64,000 bases of DNA from Candidatus Nomurabacteria bacterium (GCA_020847275.1 JADLCI010000001.1:2540-66539); one strand, 5' to 3'. Positions 37,026-47,927 are shown, numbered from the stretch's first letter. Translations and numbers: made by a program. Notes: generated by a model from the letters alone, not told the origin.

Positions 37026-38363
37026 ATGAAAAAGACCAAAACCACCAAATCAGTAAAAGCTCCTAAGAAAAAGAACTTGGGTGAAGCTTCGATTCAAATA
37101 CCAAAAGGGATGCGCGACTTCTTCGACTCAGAATCTTATCACCTGCAGGGTTTTGCTGAGAAAGCGGCAGAAATTGCTACCTACTATGGCTTCCGCCCAA
37201 TTGAAACCCCAATTATGGAGCAGACCAACCTCTTCACTCGGGCGGTGGGAGAAGCCACCGACATTGTTGAAAAAGAAATATACACCCTGCGCACGAAAGG
37301 TGGTGACCAACTTGCCCTTCGACCAGAATTAACCGCACCAATCATGCGAGCCTATTTTGAGCTCGGTCTACAATCTGAACCACAACCAATCCTTCTCTAT
37401 TCTTATGGCCCCGTTTTCCGTCACGACAAACCTCAACGCGGACGTTATCGTGAATTCCGTCAATTCGACATGGAAGCAATCGGGACAAGCAAGGCGGTGG
37501 CCGATGCGATGATTATTAAGGTGACGATGCTCATATTAAACGAGGCGGGCTTCGAAAATTTACGCCTAGAACTCAACAGCCTCGGCGACAAAGATTGCCG
37601 TCAAAATTACCGCCGAGAACTAATTAATTACTACAAAAAACACCTACGCGATGTTTGTACCGACTGCCGAGAACGATTCAAAACTAACCCACTTCGTCTA
37701 CTCGATTGTAAAAACCCAGAATGTCAACCAATCAAGTCTGGCGCACCATCTTCCATCAGTTTTCTTTGCCACGACTGCCAAAAACATTTTCAAGAAGTTT
37801 TGGAATACCTAGAAATGATGGGCCTTGCTTACGAGATAAACAATAACCTAGTACGCGGATTAGACTATTACTCGCGGACTGTTTTTGAAATAACAGAAGC
37901 AGCGCCGCCCGACAATCCCGACAACTCCCCTATTCTCACGCTAGCCGCTGGTGGTCGCTATGATTATCTCGCGCGCGCGATTGGGAACAAGAAAGATGTG
38001 CCGGCCGTGGGCGTAGCAATCGGCGTAGATCGTTTATCGGTCTCCCCCAACTACAAGCCGCTTAACCCACGGATAATCAAGAAGCCAAAAATCTTTTTTA
38101 TTCAACTTTCTTTTGACGCCAAGTTAAAAAGTTTTGCGGTAATTGAGACCTTAAGAAAGGCAAAGATTCCGGTCGCGCAATCACTCTCTAAAGATTCCTT
38201 GGGCGCCCAATTGGCCATAGCTGAACGCCTCGCCGTTCCCCTCACCATCATCCTGGGGCAAAAGGAGGCAATGGAAGGTACCGTCATTGTTAGAAATATG
38301 CAAAATCGCTCCCAAGAAACAGTTAAAATTGCCGACCTTGCAGAACACATTAAGTCGTGTTAG
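37026..38363 (+). CDS. hisS: Histidine--tRNA ligase
   Basis: PKGMRD, LRPELTA, QRGRYREF, LVRGLDYY, GGRYD. Confidence 0.97.
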   Translation: MKKTKTTKSVKAPKKKNLGEASIQIPKGMRDFFDSESYHLQGFAEKAAEIATYYGFRPIETPIMEQTNLFTRAVGEATDIVEKEIYTLRTKGGDQLALRPELTAPIMRAYFELGLQSEPQPILLYSYGPVFRHDKPQRGRYREFRQFDMEAIGTSKAVADAMIIKVTMLILNEAGFENLRLELNSLGDKDCRQNYRRELINYYKKHLRDVCTDCRERFKTNPLRLLDCKNPECQPIKSGAPSSISFLCHDCQKHFQEVLEYLEMMGLAYEINNNLVRGLDYYSRTVFEITEAAPPDNPDNSPILTLAAGGRYDYLARAIGNKKDVPAVGVAIGVDRLSVSPNYKPLNPRIIKKPKIFFIQLSFDAKLKSFAVIETLRKAKIPVAQSLSKDSLGAQLAIAERLAVPLTIILGQKEAMEGTVIVRNMQNRSQETVKIADLAEHIKSC

Positions 38364-38375
38364 GTTTAAGTACCC

Positions 38376-38597
38376 ATGGTTACGGTAATTGAGGTAACAC
38401 GCGAGGGAAACGAGTCTAACTCAAGCGTTATGCGACGTTTTTCGAAGCGCGTCCAAACCTCCGGTGTTATTCGTCGAGTGAAAAGCTTGAAGGCCGCCGA
38501 GCGACCACAATCTCACTACAAACGCAAGAAATCAGCCCTCAAGCGTCTAAAGCGCCGTACAGAGTATGAACGGCTTAAGAAACTGGGAAAAAATTAA
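38376..38597 (+). CDS. rpsU: 30S ribosomal protein S21-like
   Basis: IEVTREGNES..SVMRRFSKRVQTSG; highly basic. Confidence 0.7.
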   Translation: MVTVIEVTREGNESNSSVMRRFSKRVQTSGVIRRVKSLKAAERPQSHYKRKKSALKRLKRRTEYERLKKLGKN

Positions 38598-38877
38598 ATG
38601 CGAAGTCCTGGGCGACGCTTACGACCTAAGCGTCGCTTTCGTAACCGACCGTAAGTCAACTCATAATGTTTTAAGCTATCCGCTTAGTTCTGAGTCGGGT
38701 GAAATTTTGATTAATAAAAAAAGGGCAAAAAAAGATGGTTACACTCCGCTAGAGCTTTTTATCCACGGACTTCTTCATTTGAAAGGCATGCGTCATGGTA
38801 GTAGAATGGAAAGTGAGGAAAAGAAATTAATTAAACTCTTCACTTCTAATGGCCCGTCACATCGTCGCCGGACTTGA
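38566..38877 (+). CDS. ybeY: Minimal rRNA maturation factor YbeY
   Basis: NVLSYP, GEILI, IHGLLHLKGMRH. Confidence 0.8.
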   Translation: MNGLRNWEKIKCEVLGDAYDLSVAFVTDRKSTHNVLSYPLSSESGEILINKKRAKKDGYTPLELFIHGLLHLKGMRHGSRMESEEKKLIKLFTSNGPSHRRRT

Positions 38878-40018
38878 TATCGGAACCGCGAGTATTCGTC
38901 TCGTTGTCAGTGAAGTGGTGCCCGAATCAAGTTCTCCGCGCGTACTCTGTCAGGTCAAAAAAGATTCACGCGGTTTGAGGCGCGGTTACATCATCAACCC
39001 CGACGAAACACTAGAAAATCTCAAAGACGCGGTGAAAGAAGCAGAACGTCAGACCAAAATTAAATTAAAGAGCGTTTTACTTTCCATCGGTGGCATAACC
39101 CTAGACGCTAAAGTTGCAAGTGGCCAGGTAACAATCTCCCGGGCGGATCAAGAAGTAAGCGACGCTGACCAGAAACGTGCCTTGGAGACCGCCCGTGCTT
39201 CTCTTGGAGATTTCCCCAACCGCCAGGTTATCCATCAAATTCCACTTAGCTTTAAGCTAGACGGGGAGAAGGTGCTCGGTCAGCCAGTGGGTCTTCGCGG
39301 CAATAAGCTGGAAGTAAAAGTACTTTTTATCCACTCGCTATCTCAACACCTAAATGATCTCATTCGTGTCGTTGGTCTAGCGGGGCTTAGCGTAGACGAT
39401 GTCGTCGCGGCGCCACTGGCGGGCAGTTTCTCTACCCTTTCAACCACCCAGAAAATGGCAGGTGTCGCCTTGGTGAATATCGGCTCGCAAACTACCTCAA
39501 TTATTACTTTTGAAGAAGGGATCCCCCTATCTCTCCAGGTTTTTCCCTTTGGTTCCAATGATGTCACCAATGACATTGCGCTCGGCCTGAAAGTTTCACT
39601 TGAGGAAGCCGAACAGTTAAAGCTTGGTGGTAACCAGAATCAGGCGGTGGGTCTGAAGAAAAAACTAGACGAGATAATAGAGGCCCGTCTTACTGACATT
39701 TTCGAGTCTGTGGAAGCACATTTGAAAAAGATCGGTCGCAACAGTCTTCTCCCGGCCGGCATTATTATTGTGGGTGATGGTGGTAATTTAGAAAACATTG
39801 AACGACTTGCCAAAACCTCACTACGCTTACCGGCCCGCTTATTCGACCCGCTTCAGGCACCACAGCTCAAAACCCAAATTAGAGATGCCTCATGGGTCGT
39901 GGCCTATGGCCTTTGTCTCTTCGGCTTTGGACTTGTTTCCGAGGAACCACTTGGAACAACGTTGGTTCAGACAACTAAATCATCTTTCGTTCGTTGGATC
40001 AAAGAATTTTGGCCGTAA
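38849..40018 (+). CDS. ftsA: Cell division protein FtsA
   Basis: GLDIGT, GLRRGYI, VNIGSQTT, VTNDIA..L..AEQLK, amphipathic C-terminus. Confidence 0.93.
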   Translation: MARHIVAGLDIGTASIRLVVSEVVPESSSPRVLCQVKKDSRGLRRGYIINPDETLENLKDAVKEAERQTKIKLKSVLLSIGGITLDAKVASGQVTISRADQEVSDADQKRALETARASLGDFPNRQVIHQIPLSFKLDGEKVLGQPVGLRGNKLEVKVLFIHSLSQHLNDLIRVVGLAGLSVDDVVAAPLAGSFSTLSTTQKMAGVALVNIGSQTTSIITFEEGIPLSLQVFPFGSNDVTNDIALGLKVSLEEAEQLKLGGNQNQAVGLKKKLDEIIEARLTDIFESVEAHLKKIGRNSLLPAGIIIVGDGGNLENIERLAKTSLRLPARLFDPLQAPQLKTQIRDASWVVAYGLCLFGFGLVSEEPLGTTLVQTTKSSFVRWIKEFWP

Positions 40019-40030
40019 AAGTTTTGAGAA

Positions 40031-41221
40031 TTAGGTGTTTTTGTAGTGTCGTAAAAAATCTAATTTATACTCCTCAAAGTTGTTGTCCAGAATTGACTGA
40101 CGAATTTTTTTAACTAAGTTGACCGAGAAATAAAGGTTGTGAATAGAGGCGAGTGTTGCCCCAAGCATTTCTCTAGCACGGAAGAGATGCGCAAGATAGG
40201 CCCTGGAATATTTTTTACAGGTATAACATAGACAGCCATCCTCAACGGGAGTAAGATCATCACGATATCTAGCATTGAGAATATTTAGACGGCCAACTCT
40301 CGTTTGTAATGTCCCGTTGCGCGCCATTCGTGTGGGTGCAACGCAGTCGAAAGTATCAGCGCCATTTTCGACACCGACAAAAAAATCTAGGGGCTCACCA
40401 ATGCCCAAGAGATGCCTCGGTTTCTCTTCGGGTAAAATATTATTGACCCAAACCAAAACCTCGTTGACCTCCTCTTTTGTATAAGAACCACCAATACCGA
40501 ACCCCTCGAACCCTAGTTCGCTGATTTTTCTGGCACTCTCCTCTCGCAAATCCTGGAAACGGCCGCCCTGTACAATTCCCCACAGACTTTGCTCGCCACT
40601 TTTGTCTAATTTCTGATGTTTTAGCAAACTACGTTCTGCCCAAGAGTGAGTCCGTGCTAGTGATTTGTCATGATATTCATGGTCGTGTAGAGGCGAGGTG
40701 CACTCATCGAAAGTAAAAATGATGTCTGCGCCCAACTGATATTGGATTTCCATCGAACTTTCTGGGGTAAATCGGTGTTCCGCACCATCTAGAGGTGAGC
40801 GGAAGTTTACTCCATCATCATCTACTCTTGCCGGTCGAGCAGAAGAATTCTCTATTTTCTTGTAATTTTCTACCTCATCACGATTTACAAATTTGGTGAG
40901 CGAGCTATCAAATCCAGCCCCAAGTGAGAATACCTGGAAACCACCAGAATCTGTAAAGGTCGGCCCGCTCCAATTCATAAATCTCCCTAGTCCGCCAGAT
41001 TTAGCAACTAAGTCTGGACCAGGCTCAAGAAAGAGATGGTAAGTATTGGCCAAAACCGCTTCCGCGCCAATGGAAGTAACCTGCTCTGGGGTCAAAGACT
41101 TTACCGTGGCCTTAGTGCCAACCACAATAAAAGCTGGGGTGTTAATCTCCCCATGCGGAGTAGAAATTGTCCCTGCGCGACCTAAACCTCGCGCTAATTT
41201 TTTCTCGATTTTAAATTTCAT
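40031..41221 (-). CDS. tgt: tRNA-guanine transglycosylase
   Basis: LANTYHL, TDSGGFQVFSL, GIVQGG, FDCVAPTR, CLCYTC. Confidence 0.96.
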   Translation of the reverse strand: MKFKIEKKLARGLGRAGTISTPHGEINTPAFIVVGTKATVKSLTPEQVTSIGAEAVLANTYHLFLEPGPDLVAKSGGLGRFMNWSGPTFTDSGGFQVFSLGAGFDSSLTKFVNRDEVENYKKIENSSARPARVDDDGVNFRSPLDGAEHRFTPESSMEIQYQLGADIIFTFDECTSPLHDHEYHDKSLARTHSWAERSLLKHQKLDKSGEQSLWGIVQGGRFQDLREESARKISELGFEGFGIGGSYTKEEVNEVLVWVNNILPEEKPRHLLGIGEPLDFFVGVENGADTFDCVAPTRMARNGTLQTRVGRLNILNARYRDDLTPVEDGCLCYTCKKYSRAYLAHLFRAREMLGATLASIHNLYFSVNLVKKIRQSILDNNFEEYKLDFLRHYKNT

Positions 41222-43206
41222 CAGTAAACTGGATTACAAGACTTACAGACACCAAGTTCTTCTAGCTTATCTAAGTAAAGGACGAGAGTATTCACAAATT
41301 CCGCATGACTCCAAACCAGCGGGGTTGCCGAGAGTGGTCCGCCAGTTTCCGGGTTTAATTGTTCAGACAGAATCCCCGCTTCACTTGCGTGTTTGGCAAC
41401 CCAGTCTAACGTGTCTTTCACGCTAGCCAAATCTTCTTCGTTCTTTGCCTGTCTAATCTCATACTGGGCCAACCAGAGTGTCGTGATAAACCAGGGATTA
41501 CCAGGCACCGCCGCACCGGTGTGTCCATAACCGTCATTCTGGTAACGAGCAAAGCCCCCAACCGAGGTATGCACCGCGAGCGTATCGCGGGCAACCACAC
41601 TAGCCCGTACCAGTCGCGGATCACTCGGCGGTAAAATACCGAAAAATGATATTCCATGAACACTTGAGAGATCAATGATTTCGTCACGAGCGGCACCACC
41701 AGCCGCGTCAATCAGCTGACCAAAAAAGAATCCGGTCTTTTCGTCATATAAATCCCGTAGAATTGCGTCCCTAACCTCAGAGGCGGCTTGTTGGTAGAGA
41801 ACTGAACCCTCTTCCTTCCCGAGCAATTTTGCAAAGCGTGACGCGGCCTCCAGTGCGCCAAAGACGGCGCTGGCGGTAAAGACACTCACACCAAACTTCT
41901 CCTCCCAAAGATTATAAGATGGTCGCGGTAATCCCGTCTTGAGATCGCGATAAATCACCATAAAATCCGCGGTGGCCTTAATCAATGAATTATAAATTTC
42001 TTCGATAAACTCGATATCCTTAGAAATCTGGTAATACTGCCAAAGAGAAGAAAGCACAAGGGCCGTTTCATCCTCCTGAATTGGCAACTCTGGCCGCCCA
42101 TCACGCATCCACGGATGCCAAGAACTACCGAGAGATTTGTCTGGACTATACTTATGCATCAAGTATTCGCCTCCATCCAGAATGTCGTTACAAAACATGA
42201 AAAACCGCCGGGCAACATTAAGATCGCCAGCGCGCGCCAGTGCCAGCGCAGCGAAAGCAGCGTCACGCGGCCAAACATAGTTGTAGGTGTCTCTCCCCCC
42301 CTGTTGGAAAATTTGAAAATCCGTCGAAGCGACAATGCCGCCAGCCGAATCGGCGTGAGCACGAATTATGAAAAGTGACTTTTGAAATAGAGAAATCACA
42401 TCCTTCGATAAACCGTGGAAACTCCAGTTTTGTCTGCTAACCCAGGCCCGCCAGAAGTCACGCGTTGTCTCAACCAAGTGACTAGGGCTGTTCTGAACTA
42501 CATAGTAGTTGAGACGCAGAACTTCGGTGATTGAGCGCCCCACAGTGAGCCAATAATAAAGGGTTTTTTCCTCCCCCGATTGATACTTCGCCGACAAACC
42601 AATGACCGAATCAGCTCGTCCATGTTCAATCGGATTCTGAGACAAGATCCCGTCAAAGGCATCAGTGTGCGTCCCCTCTTTACCTTCTGTCTCAAAAATG
42701 CCGGTGGAATAATCATCAAAATCTTTACCTTCTAACCTGGCATTGACCAAGAAAGCGCGCTGATTGCGATAATGAATAACGGCATGGTGATTGGGGTCAA
42801 AATAGGCCGTGTGAGCCGCATGTGACTCATATAATTCAAACTGTTGTGCAAAAAATATCTTTATATCTCGTTCATGTTGCGCCATGTTCTTAACGATAAG
42901 TTTCCTGACAAAAATATTCTTCTCATTGTAAACCAGATCATTAAACATAATCGAAACCTCAAACCTTTCATTAACGGCTGAAATATTGCTCGCAAAAGTG
43001 CCATCCTCATAATCAATCTTTATCTTCCAGGTATCATCACTGGTCCAGGATAATCTACCGTCAACAAAGACCCCAACACGGTGAACATAGTGACCACCGA
43101 GTTGATTCTCCAGACCAACGTGAGGAAAGTAAAAATCCCGAACCTGCCCAGCGGTATCTAGGTTGACAAGAATCTGGCCATTCCCCAAAACTAACGCTCT
43201 AGACAT
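41221..43206 (-). CDS. Glycoside hydrolase family 15 (glucoamylase-like)
   Basis: YNYVWPRD, QEDET, NLWEE, LSEQ, PLVWSHAEF. Confidence 0.9.
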   Translation of the reverse strand: MSRALVLGNGQILVNLDTAGQVRDFYFPHVGLENQLGGHYVHRVGVFVDGRLSWTSDDTWKIKIDYEDGTFASNISAVNERFEVSIMFNDLVYNEKNIFVRKLIVKNMAQHERDIKIFFAQQFELYESHAAHTAYFDPNHHAVIHYRNQRAFLVNARLEGKDFDDYSTGIFETEGKEGTHTDAFDGILSQNPIEHGRADSVIGLSAKYQSGEEKTLYYWLTVGRSITEVLRLNYYVVQNSPSHLVETTRDFWRAWVSRQNWSFHGLSKDVISLFQKSLFIIRAHADSAGGIVASTDFQIFQQGGRDTYNYVWPRDAAFAALALARAGDLNVARRFFMFCNDILDGGEYLMHKYSPDKSLGSSWHPWMRDGRPELPIQEDETALVLSSLWQYYQISKDIEFIEEIYNSLIKATADFMVIYRDLKTGLPRPSYNLWEEKFGVSVFTASAVFGALEAASRFAKLLGKEEGSVLYQQAASEVRDAILRDLYDEKTGFFFGQLIDAAGGAARDEIIDLSSVHGISFFGILPPSDPRLVRASVVARDTLAVHTSVGGFARYQNDGYGHTGAAVPGNPWFITTLWLAQYEIRQAKNEEDLASVKDTLDWVAKHASEAGILSEQLNPETGGPLSATPLVWSHAEFVNTLVLYLDKLEELGVCKSCNPVY

Positions 43207-44404
43207 TTACTTTTTCTCTGGTTCTTAATTCTAAATCGGTTACAACATTCATAAAGGAAATAAACGCGTCATATGGTGATTCATACGGTGAGAAATATTT
43301 ATGAACATCTCCATCGTTCCACCACTTAGTACACATGTAGTATAAATGATCGGATGTTAGCAATCTACGCCAACTTTCGATTAGGGCTTCATTTTTAGTG
43401 CGCAAAATCGGCTTCTCTAAAGCGTAAACCTTCCGTGCCGCATCTTGCTGCATCGGATTCCCAAGCCACGCAGAAAGATCGCGCTCAGTGTCGGCCCAAG
43501 AATAGAAATGGGGCGCATCAATTTCCCCCTTCGACTCAAATCGACGAAGCGCCTCAGAAACAGTAACAAAACTATTATCTCTATGTTGCAAAATTTCCGT
43601 CGGAAGTGAGCGCAAGAAATCAAAAATACCCGTATCCGCCCATTGGTGTTCACCAAAAGTTTCATAATCCATAAACAAATTTACTACTTCGCCGGAACCA
43701 TTTAAGGCTGAAACCCACGAAGCAAACTTAGGAGCGGACAGTGGCCACTCACTCCAATCACGAGAAGAAAAACGGAAAGCGATATCGTCGGATAGTTTGT
43801 AATTTTTTAATAGCAACTTCAAACCGCTAGTCCCCGACGGGGAATAGACGAAATTGGGGCTACGCCAACCAAGAATGTGGTCAGCGCCTTCGGCCAAAAT
43901 ACCACGAAAACCGAGTTCAGAAATTTCTCGCGCTAAATCGTTGTTATAAACTAGTTCCGTGTGACGAAAAACCTCTGGCTCGTAATTAAACAAATCAATA
44001 ATCTTCCGCCGATGTAGGCGTACTTGCTTGCGGAATTCTGTCGGCGAATAAAGATAGGCAAGCGAATGATGATAGGTTTCATTCAAAAGTTCCACCCTCC
44101 CTGTCTTCACCAGGTTCTGAAACGACACAAGAGCATCGGGCGCGTACTCTTCCATTTGCTCTAAGGCCACCCCAGAAATAGAAAAGGAAACTTTAAACTC
44201 TGGATGTCGTTCTAACAATTCTCCAATTACTTGATTGGTCGGTAAATAGCATTTCTCGGCGACCTTACGCATAATCTTCCGATTATTCGTATCGGCCTCA
44301 CTAGAGTCATTGAAATAATGTTCATCGTGCCCAATGTCAAACACCCGATACTTCTTGATTCGGCGTGGTTGGTGAACCTGAAAATAGAAACAAACTGCGG
44401 GCAT
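43199..44404 (-). CDS. Glycoside hydrolase family 57 (alpha-amylase-like)
   Basis: FQVHQP, ETYHHSL, FRHTEL, MDYETFGEH. Confidence 0.92.
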   Translation of the reverse strand: MPAVCFYFQVHQPRRIKKYRVFDIGHDEHYFNDSSEADTNNRKIMRKVAEKCYLPTNQVIGELLERHPEFKVSFSISGVALEQMEEYAPDALVSFQNLVKTGRVELLNETYHHSLAYLYSPTEFRKQVRLHRRKIIDLFNYEPEVFRHTELVYNNDLAREISELGFRGILAEGADHILGWRSPNFVYSPSGTSGLKLLLKNYKLSDDIAFRFSSRDWSEWPLSAPKFASWVSALNGSGEVVNLFMDYETFGEHQWADTGIFDFLRSLPTEILQHRDNSFVTVSEALRRFESKGEIDAPHFYSWADTERDLSAWLGNPMQQDAARKVYALEKPILRTKNEALIESWRRLLTSDHLYYMCTKWWNDGDVHKYFSPYESPYDAFISFMNVVTDLELRTREKVNV

Positions 44405-44415
44405 AGACCCTCATT

Positions 44416-45594
44416 TTAACATAACTCTCGGTAAATCCTGATACATTTTTCGGCGGCCGCATCCCAAGTCACCCGCCTGACTTCCTCTTGCCCACTCCTA
44501 GCTAATGTTTGCTGTAAACTACCATGCTCAAGGACAGACAGAATCTGATTGGTCATCTCATCAATATCCCAAAAATCAACCTTGAGTGCATGCCTAAGTA
44601 CCTCAGAGACACCAGATTGCCTAGAGACAAGCACCGGCGTCCCTGCGGCAAGAGATTCGAGGGGTGTAATTCCAAATGGTTCAGAAACTGAAGGTAAAAT
44701 ATATAAATCAGCCGCCTGATAGAGACGCGTCAACTCTTCACCCCGAAGGAAACCGGGGAAAAAGATGCGGTCCGAGAGACCAAGTTGGGCGGTTAAATCC
44801 ATCATCTTCGGCGCCATATCACCAGCTCCAGCCATTACAAAATAAGTATTGGGTGCAAACTTTAGTACTCTACGGGCAACAAGGATGAAGTAATCAGGGC
44901 CTTTTTGCAAAGTAATCCGACCGACGAAAAGTACAATTTTGTTCCCGCGAGCACGGAGTGCAGTAAGCGCCTCTGGTAAATTGATATTACTTTCAACACG
45001 AACACCGTTGTGAACCACCTCAATCTTCTCAGGAGCGATACCATAATGTCGCACGATCAACTGCTTCGTCCAATCAGATACGGCGATAACTTTTACCGCC
45101 TGCTCCATGCCCATTTTTTCAATCTGGTAAACATCCTGGTTGATACTATTACCACCACCGCGGTCAAACTCGGTAGCGTGCACGTGGACAACGAGCGGTT
45201 TACCGCTGACCTTTCTCGCCGCCAACCCAGCCGGGAAAGAAAGCCAATCGTGAGCATGAATGATGTCGAAATTTTCTCTCCTGGCAAGTCGCTCTGCCCG
45301 ACGAGCATAGAGTTTCACCTCGTCCATCAAGCTCAGACCACTCGCATCATGGCTTTCCTCATCGCCTTTTGCATAAGCGGAAAACATCACCCGCTCTAGT
45401 CCCCGCGCTGGAGTTGGTCCAGCAAAAATTAAACGAAATTTACTAGAATCAATCGGCAGTTTTTGGGGTAACACAAAAATTATCTCGACTGATTTTTCAG
45501 TAAGAGCGTCGACAAGACCTTCACAAGCAGTACCAAGACCACCACTATTGTGGGGCGGAAGCTCCCACCCGAACATCAAGACCCGGGGTGACAT
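44416..45594 (-). CDS. GT4 glycosyltransferase (alpha-glucan synthesis type)
   Basis: GWELPP..SGGLG, HAHDW, GRITLQKG, SEPFGITPLE. Confidence 0.92.
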   Translation of the reverse strand: MSPRVLMFGWELPPHNSGGLGTACEGLVDALTEKSVEIIFVLPQKLPIDSSKFRLIFAGPTPARGLERVMFSAYAKGDEESHDASGLSLMDEVKLYARRAERLARRENFDIIHAHDWLSFPAGLAARKVSGKPLVVHVHATEFDRGGGNSINQDVYQIEKMGMEQAVKVIAVSDWTKQLIVRHYGIAPEKIEVVHNGVRVESNINLPEALTALRARGNKIVLFVGRITLQKGPDYFILVARRVLKFAPNTYFVMAGAGDMAPKMMDLTAQLGLSDRIFFPGFLRGEELTRLYQAADLYILPSVSEPFGITPLESLAAGTPVLVSRQSGVSEVLRHALKVDFWDIDEMTNQILSVLEHGSLQQTLARSGQEEVRRVTWDAAAEKCIRIYRELC

Positions 45595-45617
45595 AAGCTA
45601 CCATATTATACAACAAA

Positions 45618-46544
45618 CTATTGCGAGAGCGGTGCTTCGATTTGTAGATAACTCGTTTGAAGTTTACTGACAAAGAATTCTTTGTTTACAAGAAGAACAC
45701 CAAAAAGTACGAGGATTAGAAGCAACCCGTTCACGATGATATGCGGGTGCTGAATTTTAATTCTGATAAAAAAGTTAAGAAGGAAGGCAACAATGGCCAG
45801 AGCAAGAAGGGAATAATAGACCTTACTGGAGACGGTATGTAGACGCGTGGCTAGAATCTGCCAATAACTTAGCTTCGTTGCCGCTACCGCCGCACCAAGC
45901 ACCTGATTAAGGCGTGGCGAATCATCAGGCGATTCACTAATGTTAATACTGGCGAGGGTCTGCGTGGTGGCAATAGCGGGTTTACCAAAAAACTGGACGA
46001 CAAAGAGAGTATTGCGACCTTGATAATTCCCAGCCGCCACGCCGATACCAATTTCGCTAAAAACTGGCCGAATCAGGTTAGCCTCGTGGGTCGGTGAACG
46101 CCGCCACGCTTCTGCAACATCACGAGAATCAAAGAAGTTGACGGCCAGGTTCTCACCAGCATAACTAAACTTGTATCCCACTTTATCCAGCCAAGTCCAC
46201 GGCTCCTCTCCCTCGGGACTTTGGTGTGAGAAGTAGCCACGGGTCGCCATGTCCTCAGCTTTCAATTGCGCCGCCCGCGTTAGCAAGGAGTTGGTTTCTA
46301 AGTCAGGTAAAGAAGTCGCCTGTCTTGTCTCGTTGGTGAGAGCCACCAGAGCTTCCGGTAGAACCGCAGCAAGGAAGCCATTACGTGGCAAAACAAAGAA
46401 AGAAGGAATCACTACGGCCGCCTCAATCAGCACCACCAACACCAGCAGGGCAACCACACTCCCCTCGCGCAAAAAATGCGGTTGGTGAGTATTGTCATCA
46501 TGTGGGATGAAATACTTCTTGAATCGTTCTAGCCAGCGATTCAT
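45618..46544 (-). CDS. CAP/SCP-domain membrane protein
   Basis: LTNETR, AQLKAEDM..GYFSH, AGENLA, SPTHEAN, VVQFFG. Confidence 0.9.
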   Translation of the reverse strand: MNRWLERFKKYFIPHDDNTHQPHFLREGSVVALLVLVVLIEAAVVIPSFFVLPRNGFLAAVLPEALVALTNETRQATSLPDLETNSLLTRAAQLKAEDMATRGYFSHQSPEGEEPWTWLDKVGYKFSYAGENLAVNFFDSRDVAEAWRRSPTHEANLIRPVFSEIGIGVAAGNYQGRNTLFVVQFFGKPAIATTQTLASINISESPDDSPRLNQVLGAAVAATKLSYWQILATRLHTVSSKVYYSLLALAIVAFLLNFFIRIKIQHPHIIVNGLLLILVLFGVLLVNKEFFVSKLQTSYLQIEAPLSQ

Positions 46545-46559
46545 TTACTTAACTAAGAA

Positions 46560-47813
46560 TTAACGAGAACGATTAAGGATTGTGGTAAGTTGCTGAAGAG
46601 TGTTGAGAAGTTGCAGGTTGGGTGTAAAAGCACCACGAACTTGAGCAATAGCGGGGCGAGACGAACGATTGCGCAGGGCAATCAAGAGTTTGGCAAACAA
46701 TTCACCAAGATCAACATCGCCAGTAAAGGCACCCAAGACTTGCCCCGTTACCGGAGGAACAGGTTGCCCAACGAAGCCACCACCGCCACGAGTACCACCC
46801 CCACCACCGCCACCGGAAGTAGAAGTTGGAGGAGTTACCACGGGAGGAATCTCCGGTTCTGGAGTGTCATCTACCGGTTCAGATAAAACTACCTCAATGC
46901 TATCGCTGACCGGTTCGGAAATATTGTTGTAAACATCCCTGCAACGATATTCTGCAGTGTAAGTTCCCTCCTCAAGCGGACCGAAAATGTACTCTGTGTC
47001 CATTGGATCCAACGTTCCATTGTCTCCCCAATCTTGGGTAGATAAACGAATTTCGCAGTACTGAATCTCCGTGTCATCCGTTCCGGACGAGAAGTTTGCC
47101 ATCACTAATCCTGTATTGTTTTGAGCTGCGCCACCATCCAACTCTAGACTTAGTCCAGTTGGTGGCATTGTATCAGTCGGTTCAACTGGAACTGATACTT
47201 CTATAGATTCTTCCGCGCTAGAGTAATTCCCGGCATTGTCGTAACAAATAAGAAATGTTGGGTACAAACCGTCTCCAGGAAATGAGTGAACAACTGGGCC
47301 ATCTGCAAGAATTTCCTCTTCAGGAGTTCCATCTGCCCAGTCCATCACACAGGTATTAAGTCCTGAACCATCGTCAGTCCCCCGAGTAAGTACCACAGAA
47401 ACATCGGTTGAATTTGAAATTGGGCCACCTACAAAATCAATATCTGTACCCGCTGGCGCAACAGTATCAACAGTGATTTCGGTTTCGATTGAATTGGCAA
47501 GCGATTCTCCGTTAAAGCAAACGAGGGATACGGTGTAGGTGCCATCGTTTGAATATCCGTGGTTGACTAAGCCTGGTGTGACCTCTTCAGCGCTTCCGTC
47601 GGCCCAGTCGATCTCACAAACGATTATCCCCGATTCTGGATCAGTTGCTTCAACAACCGCACTGACGGTTCCGGTATTGTTGTATTGGGCACCGCCGTCT
47701 AGTGTAAGCGAAACTTCAGGAGGGGTTGCGTCGGCCACTCCCGCTGAAGCTTGACCGGCAAGAAAGACTGATAAAATGAGAGCGGTAACCAAAAAAGCCT
47801 TATTTTTAAACAT
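46560..47813 (-). CDS. Secreted acidic Ig/PKD-repeat surface protein
   Basis: Signal peptide; three DT.PP...C..DW.DG...G.Y...C repeats; Pro/Gly linker. Confidence 0.8.
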   Translation of the reverse strand: MFKNKAFLVTALILSVFLAGQASAGVADATPPEVSLTLDGGAQYNNTGTVSAVVEATDPESGIIVCEIDWADGSAEEVTPGLVNHGYSNDGTYTVSLVCFNGESLANSIETEITVDTVAPAGTDIDFVGGPISNSTDVSVVLTRGTDDGSGLNTCVMDWADGTPEEEILADGPVVHSFPGDGLYPTFLICYDNAGNYSSAEESIEVSVPVEPTDTMPPTGLSLELDGGAAQNNTGLVMANFSSGTDDTEIQYCEIRLSTQDWGDNGTLDPMDTEYIFGPLEEGTYTAEYRCRDVYNNISEPVSDSIEVVLSEPVDDTPEPEIPPVVTPPTSTSGGGGGGGTRGGGGFVGQPVPPVTGQVLGAFTGDVDLGELFAKLLIALRNRSSRPAIAQVRGAFTPNLQLLNTLQQLTTILNRSR

Positions 47814-47927
47814 ATTTTTATTGCTAACTAATAATCCTGTTTGAACCCCGATTATATATCAAGCCGTATCAAATTGTCAAGCCCAAGATCTTTTGCGCTA
47901 CTATTCAACAGCATATCATCATTCCGG

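Noticed and set aside
41221-45594. GT4-GH57-GH15 cluster as a novel system
   Set aside because: A recognisable alpha-glucan metabolism cluster of known families
46775-46815. CCA/CCG low-complexity repeat
   Set aside because: Simply encodes a poly-Gly linker
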